From positions 25,778-89,777 of the forward strand of contig JAFYSK010000051.1 of NCBI GenBank assembly GCA_017559385.1: a DNA stretch of 64,000 nt, written 5' to 3'. The position numbers and the translations under genes were made by a program. The notes under the pieces are model-generated. The model searched no databases. It was given only the letters and a program-made list of their open reading frames with translations, and was not told the origin of the DNA. Source of the stretch: Paludibacteraceae bacterium. Lineage in GTDB: Bacteria > Bacteroidota > Bacteroidia > Bacteroidales > Paludibacteraceae. Shown here in pieces: positions 24,788-33,752 of the stretch (position 1 is its first letter; each line of letters starts with the position of its first letter).

Positions 24788-26212
24788 TTATTTTCCTTCG
24801 TTCATTTGGATACGTGCCTTCAACTCCCATGTACGGATACGATCTTTGTACAAGTGGTTGTTGTTCATGGTCACGATATCGCAGTTTGCATCAGAGTTGT
24901 CATCCCAACGACGGCAGTTATACACTACGTCATAGATACGACCAATTTGATACTCACGGCTTACGCGCAAGCCAACTGCATAATCCTCACCATACTTGGT
25001 GGTTGGGAAGTTGATAGTGCGGAGCATTGGGGTGTAGAAACCACGTGGTGCACCAAGACCGTGGATACGGAGTGCGTTGTTACGACCATTGTCTGGTGTC
25101 CACTCTTTGTGGTCGATTACTCCAGGAGGAATGAGGTTACCGTCGAAGTCGGTCAATTGGTAAGTACCCACTACCATTGCGCAGTTTTGCTCGTGGAAAG
25201 CGTCAATGAACTTTTGAACAGTGTTCTCATCGAAGTATGTATCGTCAGAGTCCAATTGGATAGCGAAGCGACCGCATTTCTCGTGGTGGAGAGCTACGTT
25301 CCAGTTACCACCGATAGCGTGCCAAGTCTTGTCTTGAGCGATATAAACGAGGTTCTCGTGACCCTCAGCAACGATGCTCTTGATTACATCTACAGAGCCA
25401 TCCTCAGAGTTGTCATCTACAACGATTACATTGAATTTATAAGGAGCCTTAACTACTTGGCTAAGCGCGCTCTTGATAGCGGTACCGATGGTACGAACGC
25501 GGTTCTTACATGGGATAACCACAGTAGCGTCATACTCAAAGCCTTCGCAGTTGAGATCTACATCCTTGAAGCCAGGAGCGAGGTAACCATTGATATCTTT
25601 GAGGTGTTGGGTAGCAGCTTGCTCCATCTCGATTTGTACGCCACGGTTCTTAGGATCAACATAGTCGAAGTTCTTCTCGCCAGTGGTACGGTTGTCGAGC
25701 TCTACATCATAATAGAGGTACTCGTTGATGTGCTCCAAAGCGCCCTTTTGGCTAACTTTCAAGCGAAGGTCATAGAGACCAGCGTATTGATAATCCACAT
25801 CCATGCGAGCCACTGCCTCTTTCACAGCGCTAGTGCGATAGAAGAGAACAGAACCGAACTCGAAGTCGTCGCGGATAGAACCCAATTGGTAATCAATAAC
25901 AGGAGCGTTGGTACGAACCTCACCTACTTGGTTGAAGTGGTCTGCGTAAACCATAGCAGCCTTGGTGTCCTCGATGAGTGCCTCCATACGCTCAAGCGCG
26001 AAGAGAACGAATGAGAGGGTGGTGTACTTGGTGTAGATCAAGGTGTACTCGGTGTTAGCTTTCTCAGCGATCTCGCGAACAGTAGCTGTTGAGCGGATGT
26101 CACCGTGCAAGAAATGAATGTCTGCTACGAGCTCTTGAGCCTTCAAGTTAGCTACGGTAGCTTGTACTTGTTCCTCACTTTGGAAAGGAATAAAACATGT
26201 GATATTTTTCAT
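24788..26212 (-). CDS. Two-domain glycosyltransferase family 2 protein
   Basis: VVIPCKNR...VIVVDDNSEDGS...IQLDSDD (a DxD-type GT-A core) in the C-terminal half. Confidence 0.88.
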   Translation of the reverse strand: MKNITCFIPFQSEEQVQATVANLKAQELVADIHFLHGDIRSTATVREIAEKANTEYTLIYTKYTTLSFVLFALERMEALIEDTKAAMVYADHFNQVGEVRTNAPVIDYQLGSIRDDFEFGSVLFYRTSAVKEAVARMDVDYQYAGLYDLRLKVSQKGALEHINEYLYYDVELDNRTTGEKNFDYVDPKNRGVQIEMEQAATQHLKDINGYLAPGFKDVDLNCEGFEYDATVVIPCKNRVRTIGTAIKSALSQVVKAPYKFNVIVVDDNSEDGSVDVIKSIVAEGHENLVYIAQDKTWHAIGGNWNVALHHEKCGRFAIQLDSDDTYFDENTVQKFIDAFHEQNCAMVVGTYQLTDFDGNLIPPGVIDHKEWTPDNGRNNALRIHGLGAPRGFYTPMLRTINFPTTKYGEDYAVGLRVSREYQIGRIYDVVYNCRRWDDNSDANCDIVTMNNNHLYKDRIRTWELKARIQMNEGK

Positions 26213-26340
26213 ATTGTTTCAAAAATAAATTTGGTTGTTTTCTTTTTAGTGTATGGTGTAAAGTGTATGGTGTAGAGGCAGGGATTATGCGGCATAGCCG
26301 CTATCCCTCGCCTTTAAACACTAAACTCTAAACCCTAAAC

Positions 26341-28332
26341 TTAGAGAATATGATATTGCACAAACGCCTCGATAGCCTCATACTCAGCTAGTCCGAGGTC
26401 AGAGTACATCTTAGCGGTGTCGTGGTTGCGATCCTCGGCGCGTTGCCAGAACAAGCGCTCGTCGTCGCCCAAGAATGGAGCAGACTCCATTTGGCTTGCG
26501 TGGCGGAGGATAGCGTTACGTTTAGAGCGAAGCTCCTCTGGAGACATTGGCACTGCCATCTCTACAAGGTCAAGCTCCCACTCCATCCAAGCACCACGGT
26601 ACATCCAGATGCGGCAGTCTTTCAACCACTCATCCCATGCTGCGGTGTGCTTCAACTCGTCAAGAGCAGCGAGCACAGCGTCGAGACATACACGGTGTGT
26701 ACCGTGAGGGTCAGCGAGGTCACCAGCAGCAAAGATTTGTTGTGGTTTAACATCCTCAAGCAATGCTTTTACGATATCCACATCAGCTTGTGAGAGAGGA
26801 CCTTTCTTGATGGTACCGGTCTCGTAGAATGGCAAGTTGAGGAAGTGGATGTTTTCGGTTGGAAGACCCATGTAGCGGCAAGCTGCGGTAGCCTCACCAC
26901 GGCGGATAAGCGCCTTTAGGTTGAGGATCTCGCGGGTGTCGTTGTCGCCTACCTTCTCGTTTTTGAAGAAATGCATGTACTCGTCGTACTTCTTCTCGAT
27001 TACTTCGTCGCCAGGAATAAGCATTTGCTTATAGCCCTTCATAAAGTCCATGAAACGTACTACCTCCTCGTCGCAAACAGCGATACAACCGCTGGTCTCA
27101 TAAGCCACATGTACGTTATGACCTTGCTTGATGAGGCGTTGGAAGGTACCACCCATTGAGATGACGTCATCATCTGGGTGAGGAGAGAAGATTACAATAT
27201 CTTTTGGGAATGGTTTAGCGCGCTCTGGGCGGTTGGTATCATCCGCATTTGGCTTGCCACCAGGCCATCCGGTGATGGTGTGTTGCAGGTCGTTGAAGAC
27301 CTTGATATTGCAGTTGTATGCAGAGTCATATTTAGTAATGAGCTCGCTGAGTCCGAAATCGTTATAGTCCTTGTTGGTAAGTTTGAGGATAGGCTTCTTA
27401 GTTTGCTCGCAGAGCCATACTACAGCGCGGCGAACGAGTTGGTCGGTCCACTCGCAGTTGGTTACTTTCCATGGATGGTTGATGCGGGTGAGTTTGTCTG
27501 CAGCCTCTAGGTCGATGACGAAGGATGCATTCTTGTGCAATTGCAAGTATGATGCAGGGCAAGTGGCATTAGCTACTTCCTCAATAGCTTGTTGTACGAT
27601 ACCTGCTTTGTGTTGACCAAACGCTAGGAGAATAACTTCTTTGGCTTGAAGGATAGTGTCAATACCCAAGGTGATAGCGCATGTAGGCACTTGTGTGGCG
27701 TGGCCAAACAATGACTTAGCGTCCATGCGTGAGTTGCTATCCATGATCACGAGGCGAGTAGATGAGTTAGGTTGTGTACCTGGCTCATTTACAGCGATAT
27801 TACCGCATTGACCGATGCCCAAAACTTGGATGTCAATGCCGCCAGCTTCAACGATAGCTTTCTCATACTCCTCGCAGAAGGTGAACACAGTCTCCTTTGG
27901 TAGATCACCAGGGAAGGTGTGTACGTTCTCTGGTAGAATATCTACTTGGTCAAGCAATTGGCTCTTGATTTGACCCATGCTACCTAAAGAAGCGTCTGCC
28001 AAAGGATAGAATTCGTAAGAACCAAATACTACTACGTTCTTAAAGCTCAAGCCCTCTTCTTTGTGAAGACGAACGAGCTCAACAAACAAGTCGCGCATGG
28101 AGCGACCAGATGCCAATGACAATACGGTCTTTTGGCCATTAGCTTCGCGGCGGTTGATCAAGGTGGCAATACGAGCAGCTACTGCAGCGATACCCTCTTG
28201 AGGTTTCTCTACGATAGTGGTGTTTACATGCTCCATGCGGGTAACGCGTGATTGCTCATATGCGTCCGCAGGGCGATACAATTTCTCTTCGATTTTGCAG
28301 AGAGAAATCATTTGACTAAGATTATTTCTCAT
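26341..28332 (-). CDS. nagB: Long-form glucosamine-6-phosphate deaminase/isomerase fused to a LmbE/PIG-L-type deacetylase domain
   Basis: 663 aa. The N-terminal half is NagB-like. The C-terminal half carries FSPHPDDDVISMGGT, the PIG-L motif. Confidence 0.88.
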   Translation of the reverse strand: MRNNLSQMISLCKIEEKLYRPADAYEQSRVTRMEHVNTTIVEKPQEGIAAVAARIATLINRREANGQKTVLSLASGRSMRDLFVELVRLHKEEGLSFKNVVVFGSYEFYPLADASLGSMGQIKSQLLDQVDILPENVHTFPGDLPKETVFTFCEEYEKAIVEAGGIDIQVLGIGQCGNIAVNEPGTQPNSSTRLVIMDSNSRMDAKSLFGHATQVPTCAITLGIDTILQAKEVILLAFGQHKAGIVQQAIEEVANATCPASYLQLHKNASFVIDLEAADKLTRINHPWKVTNCEWTDQLVRRAVVWLCEQTKKPILKLTNKDYNDFGLSELITKYDSAYNCNIKVFNDLQHTITGWPGGKPNADDTNRPERAKPFPKDIVIFSPHPDDDVISMGGTFQRLIKQGHNVHVAYETSGCIAVCDEEVVRFMDFMKGYKQMLIPGDEVIEKKYDEYMHFFKNEKVGDNDTREILNLKALIRRGEATAACRYMGLPTENIHFLNLPFYETGTIKKGPLSQADVDIVKALLEDVKPQQIFAAGDLADPHGTHRVCLDAVLAALDELKHTAAWDEWLKDCRIWMYRGAWMEWELDLVEMAVPMSPEELRSKRNAILRHASQMESAPFLGDDERLFWQRAEDRNHDTAKMYSDLGLAEYEAIEAFVQYHIL

Positions 28333-28359
28333 GATTTTTTATATAATTATGTCGATTTT

Positions 28360-28440
28360 CTCCTAAAACTCCTAAAACCTCTAAAACTCCTAAAACCTCT
28401 AAAACTCTTAAAACTTCTAAAACTCCTAAACTCCCCAAAA
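28360..28440. repeat. Nine tandem 9-mers (CTCCTAAAA / CCTCTAAAA variants)
   Basis: Counted unit by unit. It lies 28-108 nt upstream of the nagB ATG. Confidence 0.9.
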
Positions 28441-28469
28441 CGACCCAATAATCCATACTAAATCGCCTG

Positions 28470-28477
28470 CAAAATTA
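28470..28477 (-). promoter_or_regulatory. -7 box TAATTTTG (minus strand) for the nagB operon
   Basis: Plus-strand caaaatta. It would give a ~130-nt leader containing the 9-mer array. Confidence 0.4.
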
Positions 28478-28592
28478 CATTAATTTATACAAATCTGCAA
28501 ACGGTTGCATAAGATTTTTTAAAAAAATAGTTTTTTATATGTTTTACAACATAAAAGACGGTATAGCGCTTGCGCGTGTGGAAAAAAAAATG

Positions 28593-28600
28593 TACCTTTG
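28593..28600 (+). promoter_or_regulatory. -7 box TACCTTTG for the kinase-murQ-susC locus
   Basis: It sits in the context aaaaaaaaatgtacctttgc, 65 nt upstream of the ATG at 28665. Confidence 0.55.
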
Positions 28601-28664
28601 CAAGCTATTTTATGTGTAGTGGCTAATTTTGGATAAAATAACAACTTAAATAAATTTAAAAATT

Positions 28665-29522
28665 ATGATTTTAATTGCAGATTCAGGCTCAACCAAGACC
28701 CATTGGTGCTTAATGGCGGCTAATGGTCATTGCAGTGAGTATTTTACAGATGGTATCAATCCATTCCAACAAACATCTGACGCTATTAAGAATAGTGTGA
28801 ATAACCAACTTCTTCCTAAGATGGCTAGCGAGATGTGGGCTGGTAAGATTACTGGCGTGTATTTCTATGGAGCGGGTTGTACTCCAGAGAAGATTCCAGT
28901 AGTTGTGTATGCTTTGGAGGATATCTTTAAGGGTGCCAAGATTGAGGTGTATTCTGATATGGTTGGTGCTGCATGTGGATTGCTTGGTGAGGAGACTGGT
29001 GTGGCTTGTATCTTGGGTACTGGTGCTAACTCTTGCCTTTGGAATGGTAAAGAGATTGAGAAGAATGTTCCTGCTCTAGGTTTTATCCTTGGTGACGAGG
29101 GTAGTGGTGCTGTGCTGGGCAAACGCTTGGTAGCTGACCTCTTGAAAAACCAACTTAGCGATGAGCTCAAGGAGAAATTCTTGACCCAATATGGTATTAC
29201 AGCTGCGGATGTAATCGAGAATGTATATCGTAAACCTTTCCCTAATCGTTACTTAGCCTCATTGAGCAAATTCTGCTCTGAAAACATGGACAACCCATTG
29301 ATTGCACAACTCGTTTACGATCACTTCGACTACTTTGCTAAGCGTATTTTGCCTCAATATCCTGCTCTTCCAGTAGGCTTTATTGGTTCAATCGCTTACT
29401 ACTACCAAGATGTATTGAAGAAAGTGTTGGCTGACAATGGTTTCCAAGTGGGTAAGATTCTTCAAGGTCCTATGGAGGGCTTGAAGGAGTACCACAAGAA
29501 AGATGTCGTTCCTACAATGTAA
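28665..29522 (+). CDS. BadF/BadG/BcrA/BcrD-type sugar kinase (GlcNAc / MurNAc kinase, MurK-like)
   Basis: MILIADSGSTKTHW... ATPase fold motifs. It is 285 aa and lies directly upstream of murQ, as in the Tannerella forsythia murK-murQ arrangement. Confidence 0.8.
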   Translation: MILIADSGSTKTHWCLMAANGHCSEYFTDGINPFQQTSDAIKNSVNNQLLPKMASEMWAGKITGVYFYGAGCTPEKIPVVVYALEDIFKGAKIEVYSDMVGAACGLLGEETGVACILGTGANSCLWNGKEIEKNVPALGFILGDEGSGAVLGKRLVADLLKNQLSDELKEKFLTQYGITAADVIENVYRKPFPNRYLASLSKFCSENMDNPLIAQLVYDHFDYFAKRILPQYPALPVGFIGSIAYYYQDVLKKVLADNGFQVGKILQGPMEGLKEYHKKDVVPTM

Positions 29523-29547
29523 TAACCCTGTTCCCTCTGTTGTTTAC

Positions 29548-29617
29548 GGGTTCATGACGGGTTCATGACGGGTTGTTACCGAGAGAACACCGAGAGATCA
29601 CCGAGAGATCACCGAGG
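29548..29617. repeat. Two word arrays: 3 units of GGGTTCATGAC, then about 3.5 units of CGAGAGATCAC
   Basis: Read directly in the kinase-murQ spacer. Confidence 0.85.
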
Positions 29618-29645
29618 GAAAAGAAATGAAAAATACTGCAAAATT

Positions 29646-30464
29646 ATGGCTTTTACAAAAGTTACAGAACAAAGTTCATTGCATGACAATCTTGACCAGA
29701 AATCTGTTGGTCAGTTGCTTGTGGAGATGAATGAGGAAGACCAAAAGGTGGCTTTGGCTGTCAAAGAGTGTATTCCTCAAATTGAAAAACTTGTGGAGGG
29801 TATCGTTGAACGTATGAAACAAGGCGGTCGCATCTTCTATATGGGTGCGGGTACTAGTGGTCGTCTTGGTGTGTTGGATGCTAGTGAGATCCCTCCTACA
29901 TTTGGTATGCCACCATCATTCGTGATTGGTCTTATCGCGGGTGGTGACCATGCGTTGCGTAACCCAGTTGAAAATGCTGAGGATGATCCAGAGAAGTCTT
30001 GGAAAGAGCTTTTGGATCACGATATCACTACGCTAGATACAGTGGTAGGTATCGCTGCTTCAGGTACTACTCCTTATGTAATAGGTGCGCTCGAGCGCGC
30101 ACGCGAGTTTGGCTGCTTGACAGCATCTGTGTCTTGTAACCCAGGTTCACCTGTGGGTCAGGTAGCAGAGATCGCTATCGAACCTATGGTAGGTCCTGAG
30201 TTCGTGACTGGTTCTACTCGTCTGAAATCAGGTACTGCACAAAAACTCGTTTGCAACATGATCACCACCATCACCATGATCAAGATGGGCCGTGTTAAGG
30301 GTAATAAGATGGTCAATATGCAACTTTCTAACAAGAAGTTGGTGGACCGTGGTACCCGCATGCTCGTTGAGGAGTTGGGTCTTGAGTATGACAAAGCGAA
30401 AGACTTGCTTTTGCTCCATGGTAGTGTGAAGAAAGCAATGGACGCTTATCGCGAGAATAAATAA
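29646..30464 (+). CDS. murQ: N-acetylmuramic acid 6-phosphate etherase
   Basis: SIS-domain motifs GAGTSGRLGVLDASE and TGSTRLKSGTAQK. I chose the ATG at 29646; the track start at 29565 lies in the word array. Confidence 0.9.
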   Translation: MAFTKVTEQSSLHDNLDQKSVGQLLVEMNEEDQKVALAVKECIPQIEKLVEGIVERMKQGGRIFYMGAGTSGRLGVLDASEIPPTFGMPPSFVIGLIAGGDHALRNPVENAEDDPEKSWKELLDHDITTLDTVVGIAASGTTPYVIGALERAREFGCLTASVSCNPGSPVGQVAEIAIEPMVGPEFVTGSTRLKSGTAQKLVCNMITTITMIKMGRVKGNKMVNMQLSNKKLVDRGTRMLVEELGLEYDKAKDLLLLHGSVKKAMDAYRENK

Positions 30465-30507
30465 GACTAATCAATAAAGATAATAAATCATTTAATATCT
30501 GATATTT

Positions 30508-33500
30508 ATGAAGAAAATACTCTTTGTGTTGACTTGCTTGTTCTGCTCAGTCGCTATGATGGCTAGCGTTAAAGTAACAGGTACAGTCATTTCTGCAGAG
30601 GACGGACTTCCTGTAATTGGTGCTTCCGTTCTTGAGAAAGGAACATCAAATGGTACTATTACCGATTTTGATGGTATTTACGAGCTGACAGTATCTGATA
30701 ATGCTGTCTTGGTATTTAGTTATGTAGGTTTAGCTTCTCAGGAGGTTAAAGTTACTGGTCCAAAACACGACGTAACCCTCAAGGGCGATGCTATCGCCAT
30801 GGAGGAGGTTGTGGTTACCGCTATGGGTGTGGTTCAAGAGAAAAAACGCTTGAACTTTGCTGTACAAAACATCGGTGGTGACGCTTTGACCGAGAATAAG
30901 AGCTCTAACTTCGTTAACTCACTTCAAGGTAAAATCGCGGGTGTGTCTGTAACCAACGCAGGTGGTTCACCTAACTCTGGTAGCCAGATTATTATCCGTG
31001 GTATCTCTTCTGTGAACAACTCACAAAGTAACGAGCCTCTCTTTATCTTGGATGGTGTGGCTATCTCTGGTGGTGCTTCTACAGCTGCTGATATCAACCC
31101 TAACGATATCGAGAATATTACCGTCCTCAAAGGTGCTGCTGCTGCCGCTCTTTATGGTCAAGATGCTGCCAACGGTGTCATCATGATTACTACCAAACAA
31201 GGTGAGGCTGGTAAAATCAAAGTGCAAGCTAATGGTAGCTGGCAATGGGATCAAGCAACTCGTCTTCCTCAACTACAACAGTCTTTCGGACCTGGTGCAC
31301 AAGGCTTCTACAAAGACAAAACTTCTGGTGGATGGGGTCCATTGCTCGGTGAGGATGATGTGATTTATGATAATATCGGTAACTTCTTTGAAACTGGTTT
31401 CTATCACAAATATGACTTCTCTGTTACTGGTGGTAGCGAGAAATTTAACGCATATGCTTCTGCTAACTGGTCTAACGCTGAAGGTATCATTCCTGAGGAT
31501 TACAAGACTCGTTTCGGTGCAATGGTTAAAGCTTCTTTCACTCCTGCTAAATGGGTAACATTCCAATTGGGTGTTAATATGACCGATACAAAATCTCGTT
31601 CTACCAGTGGCGTGAGCTCTGTTTACGGATGGCCTATTAACAACGATATTACTGACTACAAACACGATAACGGTCTTCCTACTCACCGTTATTGGAGCGA
31701 TACCGAGAAAACAGGTTCTCCTATCAGCCCTCTTTATAGCATCTACGAGGATGATGGCGTTGCTAAGAAAAATCGTAGCGTGTTGAGTGGTAGTATTACT
31801 CTCAAACCTATCAAGAACCTCCAAATCGTTGCACGTGCTAGCTACGACGTAAGTTACTCTTCTTCTGATAGCTACTCTGTTCCACGTTGGGATGATAGCA
31901 ACATAGTTCCTTCAGTTTCTCAACCTAAAGGTGACAAACCTGCTGATTATGATACTGCAGCTCCTGGCACATATGCTGATTGGGACAAGTATTATCAATA
32001 TCTTGCTTGGAAGACTTCAACTTCTGCTGATGAATACTTTGATCTTCTTGGTTTGACTGGTGGTTATATGCACCCAGACAACTATATCCTTACTTCTGAG
32101 GATATCGAGAATATGAGTAAGTCTTCTCTTGGTGCTTATTCTGCTTCAATGAGTCGTAGCCGTCTTTTCACCGCAGGTGCTAACATTAGCTACAAGGTTG
32201 AACTTCCTAAGGACTTCTCTATTGACCTTATGGCAGGTACCGAGCTTAAGATGAGAGAGGGTTACTCAATGTCTAACTATGGTGTGGACTTCATTATCCC
32301 TGGTACTTATAGCCTCTCTAACACCAACCGTGATTACATGGAATTGTCTGATCGTACCGTTGGCCATAGCGAGGTTCGTCGATTCGGTTACTTCGGTGAG
32401 ATTCGTGCGGATTACAAAGGCCTTGCTTCTCTCTCTGTAACAGGTCGTTGGGACTGGTCTTCTACTATCAATAACAACCCATTCTTCTATCCATCTATCA
32501 CTGGTGGTGTTATCCTATCTGAGTTGATACCTGGTTTGAATGAGACCAAAAACAACTGGTTCTCTTATTGGAAGATTCGTGGTAACTACGCGGTTGTAGG
32601 TAAAGATGCTCCAGCACAATTGTATGACCGCCGATTCAAACAATTTGGTACTTACCCAGATGGTGGTTATGGTATCGACCCAACCATGTCTTCTGCTTCA
32701 CGCGACCTCATGCCTGAGATGTCTTACTCTTGGGAGGTTGGTACTGATATCAAATTCTTTGATAACAAGACCCGTCTTGACTTCGCATACTATTCTACTC
32801 GCGTTGATAACCAAATCGTGACTGTACGTGTATCTCCATCTTCTGGTTATATTCTTCAAACTCGTAACGAGGGTGAGATCCGCAACCACGGTATTGAGTT
32901 TACACTCGATCAAGACATTATTAAACGCAAAAACTTCAACTGGACAATGGGTCTCAACTTTGGTCTCAACCGTGGTACTGTTGTAGGTCTTCCAGAGGAT
33001 GTACACGAAATTACAGGTCCTCAATATGGTGATGTCTTTACTTCTGCTTACCTCGGTGGTTCTACTACCGCTCTTACTGGTAAAGATTACCAACGTAATG
33101 CCGATGGTCAAGTGATCGTAGATGAGAATGGTTATCCAAAGATCAATCCTAACAAGAATGAGCTTATCGGTAACCGTGAGGCTAAATTCCAAGCTGGTCT
33201 TAGCTCAAGCATGAATATCTACGGTGTTCAATTCTCTTTCCTCTTTGACGCACGCGTAGGTGGTGATGTGCTCAACGTTACTGGACGTAACCTCATCTCT
33301 AGCGGTAACCACAGTATTCTTGAGAAATACCGTGGTCGTCAAGTAGTATTCGATGGTGTTGTTGAGACAACTGATGATGCTGGTAACGTAATCTACGTTC
33401 CTAACACCAAACCTATTACTCTCAACCAAACTACTATCACTAACTACTTCTATAACGTATCTACCAACTTCATCGAGGATGGTACTTACCTCCGTCTTAG

Positions 33501-33732
33501 TTATGTGACACTCGGTTATGACTTCGCTAAACTCTTGAAGAATCAAAAAGTTCTCAAAGGTTTGAAACTCAACTTTACTTGCAACAACGTATTCCTCTTG
33601 ACCAAATATACAGGTACAGATCCTGTCTGCAACGCATCTACTGGTCAAGGTGGTACAGGTTCTGCGGGTATTGATAACAGTCCTATCCCAAGTACACGTA
33701 GTTACAATATCAGCCTTTCGGCTTCCTTCTAA
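30508..33732 (+). CDS. SusC/RagA-family TonB-dependent outer-membrane transporter
   Basis: Signal peptide, carboxypeptidase-regulatory-like N-domain, a plug with a TonB-box region, and a C-terminal ...YNISLSASF. It is followed by SusD. Confidence 0.95.
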   Translation: MKKILFVLTCLFCSVAMMASVKVTGTVISAEDGLPVIGASVLEKGTSNGTITDFDGIYELTVSDNAVLVFSYVGLASQEVKVTGPKHDVTLKGDAIAMEEVVVTAMGVVQEKKRLNFAVQNIGGDALTENKSSNFVNSLQGKIAGVSVTNAGGSPNSGSQIIIRGISSVNNSQSNEPLFILDGVAISGGASTAADINPNDIENITVLKGAAAAALYGQDAANGVIMITTKQGEAGKIKVQANGSWQWDQATRLPQLQQSFGPGAQGFYKDKTSGGWGPLLGEDDVIYDNIGNFFETGFYHKYDFSVTGGSEKFNAYASANWSNAEGIIPEDYKTRFGAMVKASFTPAKWVTFQLGVNMTDTKSRSTSGVSSVYGWPINNDITDYKHDNGLPTHRYWSDTEKTGSPISPLYSIYEDDGVAKKNRSVLSGSITLKPIKNLQIVARASYDVSYSSSDSYSVPRWDDSNIVPSVSQPKGDKPADYDTAAPGTYADWDKYYQYLAWKTSTSADEYFDLLGLTGGYMHPDNYILTSEDIENMSKSSLGAYSASMSRSRLFTAGANISYKVELPKDFSIDLMAGTELKMREGYSMSNYGVDFIIPGTYSLSNTNRDYMELSDRTVGHSEVRRFGYFGEIRADYKGLASLSVTGRWDWSSTINNNPFFYPSITGGVILSELIPGLNETKNNWFSYWKIRGNYAVVGKDAPAQLYDRRFKQFGTYPDGGYGIDPTMSSASRDLMPEMSYSWEVGTDIKFFDNKTRLDFAYYSTRVDNQIVTVRVSPSSGYILQTRNEGEIRNHGIEFTLDQDIIKRKNFNWTMGLNFGLNRGTVVGLPEDVHEITGPQYGDVFTSAYLGGSTTALTGKDYQRNADGQVIVDENGYPKINPNKNELIGNREAKFQAGLSSSMNIYGVQFSFLFDARVGGDVLNVTGRNLISSGNHSILEKYRGRQVVFDGVVETTDDAGNVIYVPNTKPITLNQTTITNYFYNVSTNFIEDGTYLRLSYVTLGYDFAKLLKNQKVLKGLKLNFTCNNVFLLTKYTGTDPVCNASTGQGGTGSAGIDNSPIPSTRSYNISLSASF

Positions 33733-33752
33733 TCTAATATAATATAAGGAAT

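Noticed and set aside
24767-26014. 415-aa plus-strand ORF
   Set aside because: It is antisense to the GT2 gene, whose frame carries clear GT-A motifs. The plus-strand product is low-complexity Val/Leu-rich with no motif, so it is a shadow ORF.
28360-28440. Possible CRISPR array (also considered for 6057-6126 and 41007-41083)
   Set aside because: The periods are 7-11 nt with no spacers, and no cas genes are present. These are simple tandem repeats, not CRISPR arrays.
31273-33648. Minus-strand ORFs of 147-183 aa inside the SusC gene
   Set aside because: They are shadow ORFs of a codon-biased, clearly identified TonB-dependent transporter gene.
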